Part shown: positions 10,701 to 24,230 of the stretch, in pieces
Position numbering within the stretch: position 1 is the first letter of the stretch
How the letters are laid out: each line of letters starts with the position of its first letter
Assembly (NCBI GenBank): GCA_965287045.1
Contig: OZ336885.1
Coordinates: forward strand, 59,148,001-59,212,000
DNA from: Carcharhinus amblyrhynchos
Taxonomy: Eukaryota
Reading direction: 5' to 3'
Length of the DNA stretch: 64,000 bases
The notes under the pieces: generated by a model
Told to the model about the DNA's origin: nothing
What the model saw: only the letters and a program-made list of their open reading frames with translations
Database searches by the model: none
Translations under genes and position numbers: made by a program

Positions 10701-13009
10701 GGCAGTCAATTTCGTCAGATTATCATTATTTTGATGATGGCAACTCTGCCAACAACCACTGGAGATGTCACCAGCTAAACGACGGCATCATCCCAATAGT
10801 AATCTAAATGTGTTGTAAATAAAACACTGGACAAGGTCTGGGTATAGGCCAAATTTCAGGACTTGACAGTTGCGTTTTTGACGTGGCCAAACAGGTTGAT
10901 TTAAAGGCTGATATTCTGATCAGCCGAATTGCAGAGGACAACGACAATACACGGCAATACTTTACCAAGAAGCATCTTGCTCCAATCCAATGGGTGTTCA
11001 TGGATGCCCCCGTTGAGCCTTGTATCTGATAGAGAAGGATTAGTCCCGATCAACTTTACCACGGTTTGTAAATCTTACCACTACAAATGAAACGTTGCAA
11101 TGACTAATACTTTCCAAATCACTCAAAGATGATCAAGCACAATGATTATCAACCAATCAATTGATTGTTTCTCTGCGGCATCACACATTGTTTTATTTCC
11201 TCCCAGAAATTTGCAGACTGAATTTCCACCAGGATCAACTCTCCGTCATTCTCTTTCTCTTTCTCTCTCTCTCTATCTCTCTGTCTCTTCTGCTTCATCA
11301 AGCCGGCTCCAACACTGAATTACGTGATGGCTGATCATCTAAACGCGATTCTCCCTCCCCGCACCACCTTACCCCACCCCCTACACCCGCCCCCAATTTC
11401 CCCATCTCTGATTAGGTTATTATTCTCCGGAAAACTATCTTGATCAGTCTCAGCGATTGGGAATCCACCGCGTTCTGGGGTAGAGAAATACAGTTTCAAA
11501 CAAAATAAGGAATTATTCTTTTTGATTTTAAAATGGTCTACGACTTACTAGCAGTCTGTGTGCCCTGATTCCAGGATGGCGAGCGAGTGCAGGAATCCAC
11601 GTCTAACCTGTAAGATTTGTGTATGTTTTAATAAGATCACCTCTAACCTTTCAAAGGAAAGGTCCGATTTTCTCAATTACTTCGCTTATAATTCTCCCAC
11701 CAATCCCGGGTTTAGTCTGATGAACCTCCGTTGCACTCTCCCTGTGGTGGTCACATCCTTCCAAAGGTAGCGAGACAACAACCGTACACAATGCTCCAGA
11801 TGTGGTCTCACCGAAGTTTTATGTAACTGGAGCAAGACATATTTACGCCTGAAAACAAGTATCAATGTGATTAAGCCCAACATGTCGTTTGCCTTCCTAA
11901 TCAATTCTTGCATGTTAGATTTTAGTGAGTAATGACTAACGACATCCAAGTGTCTCCAGATATCAAAATTTCCCCTTGTTTATGCAGGTACAAAGCATTG
12001 ATATTGTGGAAAATGTTCAAATTGATGAAATCATGTTAGGAACAAATGACATTCTTACGTTCAAATTCTCGCCTCTGGGTGCGTGATCAAACCAGTAAGA
12101 GGTCACGACAAGTGCACTTATGAATAAATTGTTACCGTTCGCAGAATGGTCGAGAAGGAGAGGGCACTGATTGAAGATGATTACACAACAGAACCGTCGG
12201 CGATAGGATGACATTAAATGTTCACAAATCTTGGTTATGAACTCGAATGCTACAATTGAGAGTATAGTTGAGGCACTTTCATTCTTATCTTCCCAAAGAT
12301 CTGGGGAATTCACTGAAGAGAGAGAATTCCACAGCTACGGAGCAATAATGTATGGGCTGGGACTGTTTGGATGCTGCAGAGAACAAGCAAAGAAGACCGA
12401 GTGGCTTCTCGCTGTGCAGTAACAATTCAGTTTTTATGCAAACATGGTGATATCGATAATCGAACAAAATTAGAATTTTGAGGTGAGGACTAACATAATC
12501 ACTGTTATGGAGAGTTTTCCAGTCTTGAACCTTGACAAGACTGACCAGAAACCTGACAGATCAGGTGCATAGATCACCTCGGGGATATATTATTACCTGG
12601 AATGATGGACGTTGCAAACAGAACAGAATAAATTAAAATGATAAAAGGTTGCATAGTTTAAATGTTGGCTTTGCAAAACACTCTGCAGCCCCTCACCAAG
12701 GCTCTTTCGGCAACAACCTCCAAATTTGAAACCTCTTGCAGCGAATAAGACGAGTGCAGCAGTTACATCAGGAAGTCAACATCTGGAGGTCCCCGTACGA
12801 GGCATCCGCCATCTGAGCTGGAAATATAATCACTGTTTCTGGGTCATAATCGCGGAAAACCCTCGCTAACGACAATGAACATGTACTTTTCTACAAGGAC
12901 TGCCCTAGTCAAGAAGGGAACTTCTCAAGGGCAATTATCGTTGGAGAGTAAATGTTGGCCTAGACAGTTATGGCGATATTCCATTAACTTAGTTGTGAAC
13001 CAATCAACG

Positions 13010-13624
13010 TCCGTGTTGTAGCCAATTCTCCCCGGTACAATGCAGTTGATGATCTCCCTTGTCTATGATCACAATGGGGCCTGTTGCCTTTTGGATCCCA
13101 ACATTCACCTAGCATTCCCAGTGTCGAAGCACAGCGGAATAACCTGGCAAAGTTATAATTAGTGTTCCCTTGCGCAGAGCCTAGCAGTTGCTGGACTTTA
13201 CTTTGATTGGCAGCTAGTAAAATCAGATTGTTCTCTTTCGGATCTCTCCTGTATTTTATCTGGTCTCTAATGTCAGTTTCTATAACAATGAAGTTAGTCT
13301 CAAATCAGTCAGTGGATTTCCACTCCTGCTTCCCATGTTTTTAATGCGCTATTAGAAATGCTTCCTTGGAGATTGCTCACTTTCGCATCAGCGATCCAAG
13401 CGGAAATGCTGGAAATTGTCTTGTCAATCGAGTTTCGGAACTGTAGTTTTCTTCCGGGCCAGCTATATGCCTGGCATTGACATCGGGACAGCCTTTCCTT
13501 CGTGAATGAAAAATCTTAAACTATTGCATCTTGACCCTGGTGCGACGCTGTGTGATCTATCATGGTCAGTGTTGTAGAAATTGCATAGAACAACAACTGC
13601 GAAGAAGGAGACAATTCGGCGCAT
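13010..13624 (-). pseudogene. Paralogue of 3460-4110: signal, IgV and IgC2 remnant
   Basis: ATG at 13624: MRRIVSFFAVVVLC (signal-like) then RFFIHEGKAVPMSMPGI. Shares the in-frame stop in VPKLD*Q with copy A. Confidence 0.45.
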
Positions 13625-15008
13625 TACCTTTGCACCGATTCTACGAAAAAAAAATGTTACCCAGGACCACACACCACCCTATCCCCGTCACCATGGCTAT
13701 TTCACGTCTCCTCAGACATGAAAGGGGATCTTGGTTCGTTGGAGCTATGAGGTAGCAGTGCAAACGTGTATGGCGCTTTTGTACGACTGATGTGGGGAGA
13801 GCCACTTCCATAGGTGATCAGCTGCACTTGGTACTCAGGTTCTCATCGTGGAAGTCTCCAGGGGATCTTGTGGCATGATTGTTCTCGAGGAAATACGAGT
13901 TATACTGATCTCATGGCAGCATCAATGGTAAACAGTTTTGTCCATTTCCACTTACCTTTCCCATGCCATGATGTCCGAGGCAGGAGGGTCAAACCTCATA
14001 CTGACCAAATTCCCGCAGATTCTTTTCATGCTTTGAGTATAGATAGGCCACGGATCTCTCAGAAAGGGGAACAGGGCTCTTGCAAATGAAATTATGCCGG
14101 ACAAAACACTGATGAGCACACATTCCTACTAACTGTTGCGCCTTCAAGGCCTCCAGCTCTATTGTGAGAAATACATATTCTAAAGGGGGTTCAATTAGCT
14201 CAGCTCGCTGGAGGGCGGAATCATATTATAGAAATTTTCACTAATCTGTGGATTCCATTCACGCACAGGCTAAGACCGTTCATGAAGTCCTTACCTTCTC
14301 AAGCATACCACTCTCCTGCGATCTGGAGACCCTCAGGTTACGTCAGAGCCAGGTCAGCAGTCGATGGTCAACCTAGACTATGGCGACGTTTCATTTCATA
14401 TTCCACAGGATACGTCGACCCTCCCCCCCCCAAAAAAAAAATCAATACCTTCCACGAAAAGAAATGTGGCAGAGGATGTTACACCCAGTATAGGGTTTAC
14501 TGTGAAGTTGTCTACAGAATCGTGGAATCTATGGTGCCGAAGGAGGCCATTCGGGTCATTGAGCGTGTACCGACAACAATCCCTCCCAGGCCATATCAAT
14601 GTAATACTAAGTATTTACCGTCCAAGTCCGCCTAACACTAAGGTGCAATTTAGCATAGTAAATCCACTAACCTGCATATCCTTGGATTGTGGGAGAGATC
14701 TGAAGTACCCAGAGGAAACACAAGCTGATACAGGGAGACCATGCAAACTCCACGCAGGCAGTCACCTAAGGTTGAAATTGAACACTGGTCTCAGGCGTTA
14801 TGAGGCAGTAGTGCCTACAACTGTGCAACGCACAGTGAATCCCAATGTTGATGCTGATAAGGATTATTCTACTTTCAGACTGGGTTTATCCATGAGCAAC
14901 GATTCGATTTCATTGCAGATAGATCGCCTATACTTCTGATCCTGTCCGCATGTGAGCTAAAGGAGAAAGACGAGGGGCAAATTTGACCTTTCTACCTTGT
15001 TTTCACAG

Positions 15009-16340
15009 CTCACACGAAAAAATTTAACATCTCCACCAGAGCAGCACCGCACAGCATATTGAGAAAATTGACTGCCGAACAAAGGCCCTGCTTTGCATTC
15101 ACTATTTTCATGACAACATTAATAGCTCTGTGCAGTTTAGGGAACAACTTCTGACAGTTTCAGGCTGAATAAAATGTTGAGTCCAAGCCCCACTTTGTAT
15201 TTCTTCTCGATTCTCCTGGTTTGCATTTCTGGAAGGATATTACTTGCCTACCAGGTCAGATGGCAAACTCTGCAGAATATCCAGAAAGGAAATGAACAGT
15301 GGCTCTTAATCAGAGTATCACTCTAGGCTGGTTCAATGCAGCTACAAGCGCTGCACACATAGCCTGTTTTCCACATACCATTTAGTTGTTCTCCGTGAAA
15401 AAGCCTCATTAAAAACCTGGTGATGAAAGAGGACGACATAGCTCCCATCGTGATCAGGAATAGCTGTGTGATTGGCTGGTTGTTCTTAGGAATTGCTGTT
15501 GTCAATATGCATGGAGTTTTGTTGATTGATGTGGGGGTTTCGTCCCCTGCTTTCTGGTCCAGCATTGAGCCCTCTGTCACTACTATTATATGGTACCTTT
15601 TTTTGCGTTTTGATTACAACTTTCAGCATTGCACCCTGTACATAGAGGTACACTTTGCTGTAAACAGGCACAAAAAGGAACATTCATTCTTGATGGGTAT
15701 TGCTCTCGGGGGAGTGGCTTCAATTGCTTCAAGGCGAAATATTTGATCCTTAATGAAGATAAGCAGTAATCATTTTTAGCAGACTAATTGACTTTTTGAG
15801 CAACCGCATCATATGACTGCGAGCAGCAAGATACTGCTTTGTGAAAATAATATCCTCAACACCTCACTTCACCTCTGTGAAATATAGACAGCTTAGAACT
15901 ATTAAGAAAATATTCACAGTCTGGACATCACAGGAAAGGATAAAATCATTGATGAAACAGTTTTCTCAAAGAGAGATTTCCTGGGTGTGTCAGCACTTAT
16001 CAAGCAGACGCAACTTTGCTGACCTACGTCAATTCATAGGACCGAAGATGTATGCAGTCCTGTGGATCAGCTGCAGGATGAAGAAAGCAAGATCAAGTGA
16101 TGTGTTGATAGTCGTTTTGATGATAATTGGAAGCATAGCATGAAGACACATGCATGTTCACTAGTGGGTATCGCCAATCAACCAAAGAGGCGAATGGTGG
16201 CATGCCGTTGGAACTGCTGGATGTCATCCTGACGCCAAGCGGGGAAAGTGAATTTGCAACAGGATCAAATGCCAAAAGCAATGATGCTTGTTAACCAATT
16301 CAAATACTCTGGCTGCAATTCTCGGATCGATCACGCCAGC
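15009..16340 (+). pseudogene. Paralogue of 5463-6760: single-exon receptor remnant
   Basis: Acceptor ttgttttcacag at 15008. TAEQRPCFAFTIFMTTLIALCSLG (signal-like), FLLDSPGLHFWKDI, YPERK..LNQSITL, NLVMKE..IRNSCVI, HSFLMGIALGGVASIA (TM-like), then tail DQLQDEESK..ELLDVILT. Confidence 0.45.
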
Positions 16341-16644
16341 GGGATTCATGTGCTGGGAGGCTGAAGAATCTCGCCTAATGTGTCAGGGAAAAGCCAATCT
16401 GTACAATTCAGAATGAAACCATTACAAATAAATCTATTGCGTTTCCCTCATAACTTGTCCAGCGAATGGGGCAAATGCAATTAAAACGTTACCACAGAAA
16501 AATAGAGCTCATGGGAATGTCAGCAATATCACCCCCTGCTAACTGAGAGGAAACATGAAGATAAACGGATCAATTTAAACATGTTGATGAACTCCAAGGA
16601 ATGGGATGCCAGAAAGATTGGTGCCAGGACCCCAGCCGATCATA

Positions 16645-17545
16645 ATCTATTCAAATGACTCGACTGAAGCAAAGCATACAGCATAATCAAGGACCCCACG
16701 CACCCTAGATATTCTCTCTTCCACCTTCTTTCTGTGGGAAATGGTGCAAAGGTCTGAGGACACGTACCGACCGGCTTCCCTGCTGCTGTCAGACTTTTGA
16801 ATGGACGTACCTTGCATGAATTTGATCTTTCTCTGCACAATGACTATGACTGTAACACTACATTCTGCACTCTCTCGTTTTCTTATCTATGTTTTGTCTG
16901 TACAGTGTGCAAGAAACAACACTTTTCACTGTACGTTAATACAAAGAACAAAGAACAAAAACAGCCCGGGAAACAGGCCCTTCGGCCCAACGAGCCCGCG
17001 CCGCCATTTTAACACCACCAGTTCCCCCACCCTCCCCCCCGCTCCACCCATAACCCTTATCTAATGTTTTATGGTCATCTACATTGACGGAAACTAATTT
17101 AGGGACAATGGATTACTGCCAATCAGCCTAATAGCACATCTTTGGGGTGTGGCAGGAAACCGGAGCACGCGGAGAAAGCCCACGCAAGCGCAGGGAGAAC
17201 GCGCAAACTCCCACAGACACCGGCCCAAACCCATGTGTCTGCACAGCAATCAGTGATAGTCACTGAGCTGTCGTGTTGCCCAGCATCTGGTCCAGTTTAA
17301 GCACACAGTAACGACATGAAGCACTAGGCCAATCTCGAACAATCAAGAGCAGCCCAAGTACGACCCCTGGCGTGTATGCCCCTCGTTGGACAACAAGGCG
17401 GACCGACTTAAAACCTGTGAATGAAAAGAGAAAAAACATTATTATCATTCCATATCCATTTACCTTACCAGGGACGCTAATGAACCTTATTTAAAACAAT
17501 CTCCTATATCCACCCATCTCGTGTTAATAAATCAAATCAAAATCA
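16645..17545 (+). mobile_element. Rex1/Babar LINE 3' end with a nested antisense V-SINE-type element (~16940-17290); specific to copy B
   Basis: agcataatcaaggaccccacgcaccc..cttccctgctgctgtcagacttttgaatgg and aataaatcaaatcaaa tail, matching the Rex element 3' end at 49900-50212. Nested element carries aacaggcccttcggccc and ggagcacgcggagaaagcccacgc. Confidence 0.8.
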
Positions 17546-18739
17546 GATAACGTTGTAGCCAAATTTGCTGACCATAATTTGATAGGAGGGAAAGCAAGTT
17601 TTGAGTAGGACACAAAAACAACCTGCAATTGTGAATCTAGTGGCCTGAAAATTGGAATATGCAATATGATAACGGGATATGTGAAGTACTGCACTTTGGA
17701 AAGAAAAATAGAAGAAAAAGATTTATGTAAATGAAGGGAGAATATAGACTTCTATGGTTCAAAGAGAAAGTACTTGAGTTAGCTGAAAAGGAATTAATAT
17801 GCTCGCGCACTTATTAAAAGTAAATGGAGTTTAGGCAACCATTTCAGGAGTCTGAAACATAAACTAGTTTTGCTTCAACTGTCTATGGTGCTGCTGTTGC
17901 CACTTCACGCGTAGTGCATAGAGTTTGAATCCCCTAATTTCACAACAAATATAATTACAATGGATATAGTTCAGGAAAGATACACTTAGTTGTTGTTTAG
18001 AATTAAGCTGTTGTCTTACGTGGAAAGGTTAGATAGGTTGAAGTTTAGATGATTGAAAGATTATCTGATTCAAACATAAATTACTCTGAGAGAGCTTGAC
18101 AGGGTCAATGTTGAAGGGATGGGGAATGATGACAGTTGTAAGGAACAGAGTTTGCAAAGAATAGATCTGGAATTTACCTGAGATTGTAAAGAGATTTTTC
18201 TTCTCTCTCTCAACTGTTATTTAACATTGGAATTATTTACTTCAGCGAAAACATGAAGTTAGGTCATTAACCACACTCAAGGCTGATTTGAACAGAATTG
18301 CTGTATTTAGAAGGGAGTGAAAGGTAATATGAGGAAGCCAGAACGTAATATTAACGGCACCATCAGATCCGTAATGGTCATATTGAATGGCAGCGTGTGA
18401 TTGATGGCTGAGTGGCCTTCTCTGGAGCCGATGAATTCAACTCATATTGCCTTACATTTGTGAACTGGGCAATTGCTGTGTGGAAATAGGGTACAACATG
18501 GACTTCAATTTCAAAATATTCCATGGACTCTGTAGCTTGTCCTGAAGTCATCTAATGTATTCCAGAGATTGAAGCCATAGCCTCCACAGCAAGGCCTATC
18601 AAGCAGCCTGAGTTAATAAGGACGAATTAATGAAATATGAAATATGATAAATGAGTCATTTCGAAAAGACTGAAGAAACCTTTGTTATTACAATGTTTCT
18701 GCGTATTTTTAAAAAGATCATTATCGATGTAAGCTCTCC

Positions 18740-19745
18740 CTCTGGATCAAGATAGCTATAGGGCTCTTGTCTCGTTTGTTTGCTGCATTAACTGCCACTA
18801 ATGCAAAGTCCCCTGAGCTCCCAGTCTTACTGGGAGGTCCTCCTGGGTTTATATTAGGTGATGCTTGGCACACTCCATCTCGGTGTTTCAGAGTGCAGCT
18901 GTCTTCAACTGCAGCGTAGGCTACTCCCTCTCTCTAAGGATGGGAGGTTTGGTCTTATTATTGGTGCAGGAGGTGTTTTACCACTCACTGGCAGCTGTCG
19001 GTGTGACTGGTACGTGGTTAGAAGATAGTCACACAATCGGTGAAATCCTATTTTACTTTCATCTCAGAATGTGGATGTTCTGCGTTTGTGACTGTGTGTG
19101 TGTGGGCTGTGGGTGAGGGTCGGGGGGATGGGGAGTGTTAGTTTGTGTGCCAGTGAACGTAACAGTGTGTGTCAGTGGGTGCGCATATTTGTGGGCTTAA
19201 TAATATTATGCCTTTGCATATGCATATGTCTAACTGTGGCTCTGAACTTACACCCGTGAGTGTGTGCGTGTCTGAATGTGCGTGTGGGGTTTTGCAAATT
19301 TGATCGGGGTTCTTTGTGTACATGAGTGTATCCGTACGTTACCTGTATCTCCGTGAGATTTTGTGTTGGTGTGCATGTACGTGTCTGTCTGTGCCTTTGT
19401 ATCTGTGGCTGTATACATCTGGATTTTATGTGTGTGTTTTGTATTTGTGCACGCCAGTACATTATGCATTTGTGTGTGTCCGTGTGTTTGTACTCACAGA
19501 TAGTGTATTGATGTATCTGTGCATTTGCGCATGTTTGTGTGTGACTGTCTCTCATGTTTACGTGTGTGTGTGTGTTTGTGTGTGTGTCTGTGTGTGATGT
19601 TGGAGTTTGGGGAGGAATCCTGGTTCTGGGTTGTCCTTATGAATGCGCGAACCTCTGTAAAAGCATTGGGAATTAATGAGGGAGAAAAAGAAGACGACCC
19701 AGTACAGACTGTCAAAACAAACGGGAGTTCTTCTGGTAATGGCTA
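18740..19745 (-). pseudogene. TM and ITIM-bearing tail remnant of a receptor gene, split by a TG-rich simple repeat
   Basis: 19743-19610 reads LPFVLTVC / LYWVVFFFSLINSQCFYRGSRIHK (TM followed by basic residues); tail has EGVAYAAV at 18907-18924. Confidence 0.4.
19085..19600. repeat. Degenerate (TG)n simple repeat
   Basis: Directly visible. Confidence 0.95.
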
Positions 19746-21094
19746 AAATTGTTGAATGAAATTTCCTTGAGAATGGGACAGTTTACGCGAATAGGAACAA
19801 AAACGGTTGTTAATAATTAGCTGCACATGCAGTATGACGGACAGAATATGAGGTAATATTTATAACGGATGATTTATCGTAACAACGACAAAAATGTAAG
19901 AAATGTGACATGTTTGATGCAGGTGCCGGTATTGGTGGGGAAGAACAATGTAGAGGATGTCTGATGGTTGGAAGACTCAAAGAGATTGAATAATAAATTG
20001 AAATATGTTATAAGCAAATGGAAATGAACATGGGACAAACATAGAAATAAAACATTGGTCCAGAGGAAGCATAATTAGAAATCTCAGAATTGACAGAAAG
20101 AGGTTTGAACAACTGAGCTCGTTGATTGACTATTATAGAATGCAATAATGGGAAAATAGAAAACTACTGAGCTGTACAAAAATGTGTAAACAAAAGCCGG
20201 CCCAACTGACCACATTGGATGAAACAGAAATATAATCTGCGCGGGTGCTAAAGGAACTGGTGAATTTCAGTTTATTGGGTTATGAAGGGAGTTCAATACT
20301 TCAATAACACAGAGATATTTCAGGTAAAGAAATAACTTTGTTGGGAGATTGCTAAACTATGAGAGTTCATTTGGTGAGCGGAACATTTGGACTATCGCTG
20401 CTCAATGAGTGCAGCACGGGTGTCAATTCATTCAATGTCGAAAGTTGAGAAACATTGTAAATGGTAATTAATTCTCGATGAAAAGGATTGAATAAGCAGG
20501 CATTTACTGATGGAGAGAATTGAGCAATGGCCATTAGTTAAGTGAGGTAGGAAGGGTGAATTAATTGAGCTTTGGTACAGCAGTCGAACTTGGAGAACTT
20601 GATGAGTGATTGATATGGGTTGTGTAATGGGAAGCCAGTGGGAAATGGGCACAAAAAGAGCTCACCGAATAATGGATACAATTGGATAACGAGAGCAGGT
20701 TAAAATGGGACTCCAGTTCTGGGTGACATTTGCACAGCTGGAGCGCAGTGAACGGTGGCCTGGAAAGATGTAAATCCCCAGATTGTTGAAGAGAGATGAA
20801 ATTGAAGAGTTGTTTAAATAAGCATGCGAACTTATTAAGTATAATGGGTTAGGATGATGCAGAACTTTGGGCAAAGGGAACTGACCTCCTGATGAATGAA
20901 GAGTGGAGAAACAGGAATTAACTAAATGTTTGAAGGTGAAACAATATAAACATTGTGAGACAAATGATTTATGGAGAGAGCTGAACATTGTGAGCGACAA
21001 TGACTCGAGGAACATTTGACAATAGGGGCTCTTGAGTGATTGGGAAAGTAAGGCAACATGAGTTAATTGAACCATGGGCAGAAAGGGTAAAGTA

Positions 21095-21196
21095 TGGTCA
21101 GTGATTTACAATTAAAATCGCAGTGTTAGCATTTTCAGTCACTGGGCGAAATATAGGTTCCCAGAGCTGGTTAACACGCAATAATAATCTAGAAAT

Positions 21197-21227
<31 letters not shown>

Positions 21228-21580
21228 GATGTGTGCGCGCATCCCAGTGCATTTGTTAATAATGTTTTCATAGTTACTCATGGAGGGACTTGGCACAATG
21301 GCAGCTCAAAGGATCGGTAAAGAATGGTCATTGACTTACAATTAAAATTGCACAATGTTAGCGCTTTCAGTCAATGGTCAAAAGCTGTTGAAATACAAGG
21401 TTCCAAAACTAGCCATCACAAAATAATAATCTGGAAGTATGACAAACACACACACACACATACACATACACACAGGCACACACACACTTGATGTGTGCGT
21501 GCATCCCACTGCATTTGTAAATAATTTTTTTTACAATTACTGGTGGAGAGATATGCACAATTACAGCTCAAAGGTTCATG
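21095..21580. repeat. Local tandem duplication of a ~230-250 bp unit containing a (CA)n
   Basis: ttacaattaaaat..tttcagtca..aataataatct..(ca)n..gatgtgtgcg.gcatccca.tgcatttgt occurs at ~21095 and ~21325. Confidence 0.9.
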
Positions 21581-22479
21581 GAGATGTTTGTCCAATGGGA
21601 GCTCAGTGCATGATGAATGATTTGAACAAAAGAAGCTCAATGATTCATGGTCAGAGTAGAGCATTGGGAGCTGAATGGTTGATGGAGAGAGTAGTAAAAT
21701 TGAATCACAATGGTTGATGGAGAATGCTCAACAACACAAGATCAATGATAGAAAGATTTTGTCAAAGGGAGTTTAATGTTTGGAGAGCAGTGTTTCAAAG
21801 GATGGAGAGAGTTGGATAATTGAAGTTCAGTGATGGATTTCGAGTGTTCGACAATGAGTGTTGTATCATTGATGAAGAGAGTTAGATAACGGATAGTCAA
21901 TGATTGAAAAGACACTTGAACAATGAAAGTTCAATGATTAATGGACAGAGATGTATATTATGCTTTCAATCATTCGACATTAGTGGACAATGAGCTCTCA
22001 ATGGTTTGTGAAGTAAACAGGCCAATTAGAGCTCAATGAGTGATGGAAAGAGTGGATCAATGGAAGCTCAGAAGTTCATCGAGGCACTAGGAAATTAGGA
22101 ATTCAATAATTGATCCAGGGATTTGATAAGTGGGAGTTAAAGATTGGTGAGCGAGTTGAACAATTGCACTCACTGATTGATAAAGAGTATTGGCCAATCA
22201 GCTCAATGATCGATGCCATGCGCTGGAAACGTGTTGAATAATGCTCGGAGTGAGTTTGAAGTTGAGAACTTGATAACTTATGGAGCGTGTTGCACAATGG
22301 AACTCCATGATATGTGGAGACTGTTGGCCCAAGGCGCTCAATGATTGGTGGACAGAGTTGGACAAGGGTAACTCGATTTATTACTAGAAATAATTGTCTA
22401 TTGGAGCTCAATGATTGATGCAAGGGATTTGATAAGAAGGGACAAACATAATGTGAAAGAAATGGGTCACATAAAAAAC

Positions 22480-24230
22480 TGACTGAATGTTTCTATAAGT
22501 ATGTAAAGAGAAAACAATTGACAAAAACAGCCCCATCCAGTCAGAAACGGGAGAATTTATACCCAACAAACAAAAGCTTACTTTGCTTCAGGCTTTACAA
22601 AGAGAGGCATCAATAATGTACGACAGTTCAGAGAGAAACACGTTTTGTTGTGGAGCTGAAGGAATTCAGCATTAATAGAATAATGCTTTTGGAGACATCG
22701 ATGGGATTGAACTTGAATAAACCTTGCGGCCTGATGATCTTCATTGCAGAGTACTCAAGGAAGTGGTCCTAGAATTAGATTATTTCCCCAATTCTGCCGG
22801 ACCGGCCCCTACAGAATGGAAGCAGCTAATGTAAGTCCGCTACATATAAAAAGGGAGCTAGAGAGGAAACATGGAACTGTAGGCCAGTGAGCCTAATTTC
22901 AGTACTGGGGAAGGAGGTAGAGTTCATTATCAAGGATTTCATAACTCAGCACAGACAAAGTCATCACGTATTAACAAAAGAGAAACCACCCTTGATGAAT
23001 CTATTGGGATTCTTCTATTGGAATAGGATGCAACTCATAGAGATGACAAGGGGAATCAGTGGCTATTGTTTACTTAGAATTCCAGGTGGTTTTCAACATA
23101 CTCACACAACAGACTACTATGTAAAATTAAAGCACATGGGATTGCAAGTAATGTGTTGAGATGGATACAAAGCTGTTTAGCGGATATAAAGCAATGAGTT
23201 GACCTGAACAGACTTTTTCTGCTTAACAGTCAGTGACTAGTGGGGGTTCCAAAAGCATCTTTGCCCAGACGCAACAATTCTCAAAATATGTCAATTATTT
23301 TTCTGAGGGAAGTAAATGTATTATCTCCAAATTTGTAGATGATACAACGTTGAGGATGAGGATGAGCTGTGAGAAGGATCAGTGTGATTTGTATAGGCTG
23401 AATGTGTAGAATATGCATGCCAGATGCATTGTAATGAGGTCAATGTGAGGCTACCCACTTTGGTAGAAACATTATGAAGACAGGTTACTTCTTGATTGGG
23501 TGTAAATTGAATGAAGTACATACTCAGCGACACTTTAGTGTCTTCGTGCGTCAGTTGTTGAAAGTAAGTGTGCCGGTACAGCAGACACAAAAGAAGGCAA
23601 ATGGTATGTTTGCTTCATAGTAGAGAGTTTGAGCATAGGGATAGGGGTGTGTTGCTGCATCTGTATAGGGCGATGCTGAGGCCAAATCTGGAGTACCATG
23701 CGCAGTTTTGGTGTCCTTATCTGAAGAAGAATGTCCTAGCTATCGAGGGATTTCTGCAAAGGTTTTCTAGGCTGATTCCTGGGATGGCAGGTCTGTCATA
23801 TGAGGGAAGACTACATCGATCAGGATTATATTCACTGTAGCTTAGGAGAATGAGAGGAGATCTCAAAGAAACTTTAAAAATGTGAAAATGGTTAGACGTT
23901 CCAGATACCGAAAGAATGTTCCCAATGGCGGAGTAAGCCAGTAAGAGGGGCCACCATTTGACGATCAGGTGTAAACATCTCGGATCGGAGGTGGCAAGAA
24001 CGTTCTTCAACCAGAGTGGTGACTGTGTGACAATCATTCCAGCAAAATTTATTTTAGACCAAAATACGGTGTGAATTCAATGAGAAATTAGATATAGTTC
24101 TAGGGGCTAAAGCGATCCTTAGATGTGAGGGTAAGGGGAGGTCTTGATATTGAATGTAATGATCAGCCATGATCAAAATGAATGGTGAACTGGGCTCGAA
24201 GGGTAAAATAGCCTACTCCTGCTTCTCGTT
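22480..24230 (+). mobile_element. 5'-truncated CR1 LINE (RT to 3' UTR), decayed
   Basis: RPVSLISVLGK; LYRAMLRPNLEYHAQFWCPYLKKNVLAIEG; 3' UTR gatcagccatgatc..gcctactcctgcttct. Confidence 0.95.

Larger units (their letters stand above)
10880..18955. repeat. Copy B of the tandem segmental duplication
   Basis: Collinear with 1530-8475; longer because of extra segments at ~13715-14170 and ~16650-17545. Confidence 0.92.

Noticed and set aside
14364-14939. 191-aa plus-strand ORF
   Set aside because: It runs through an antisense HE1-type SINE and is not conserved in duplicate copy A.
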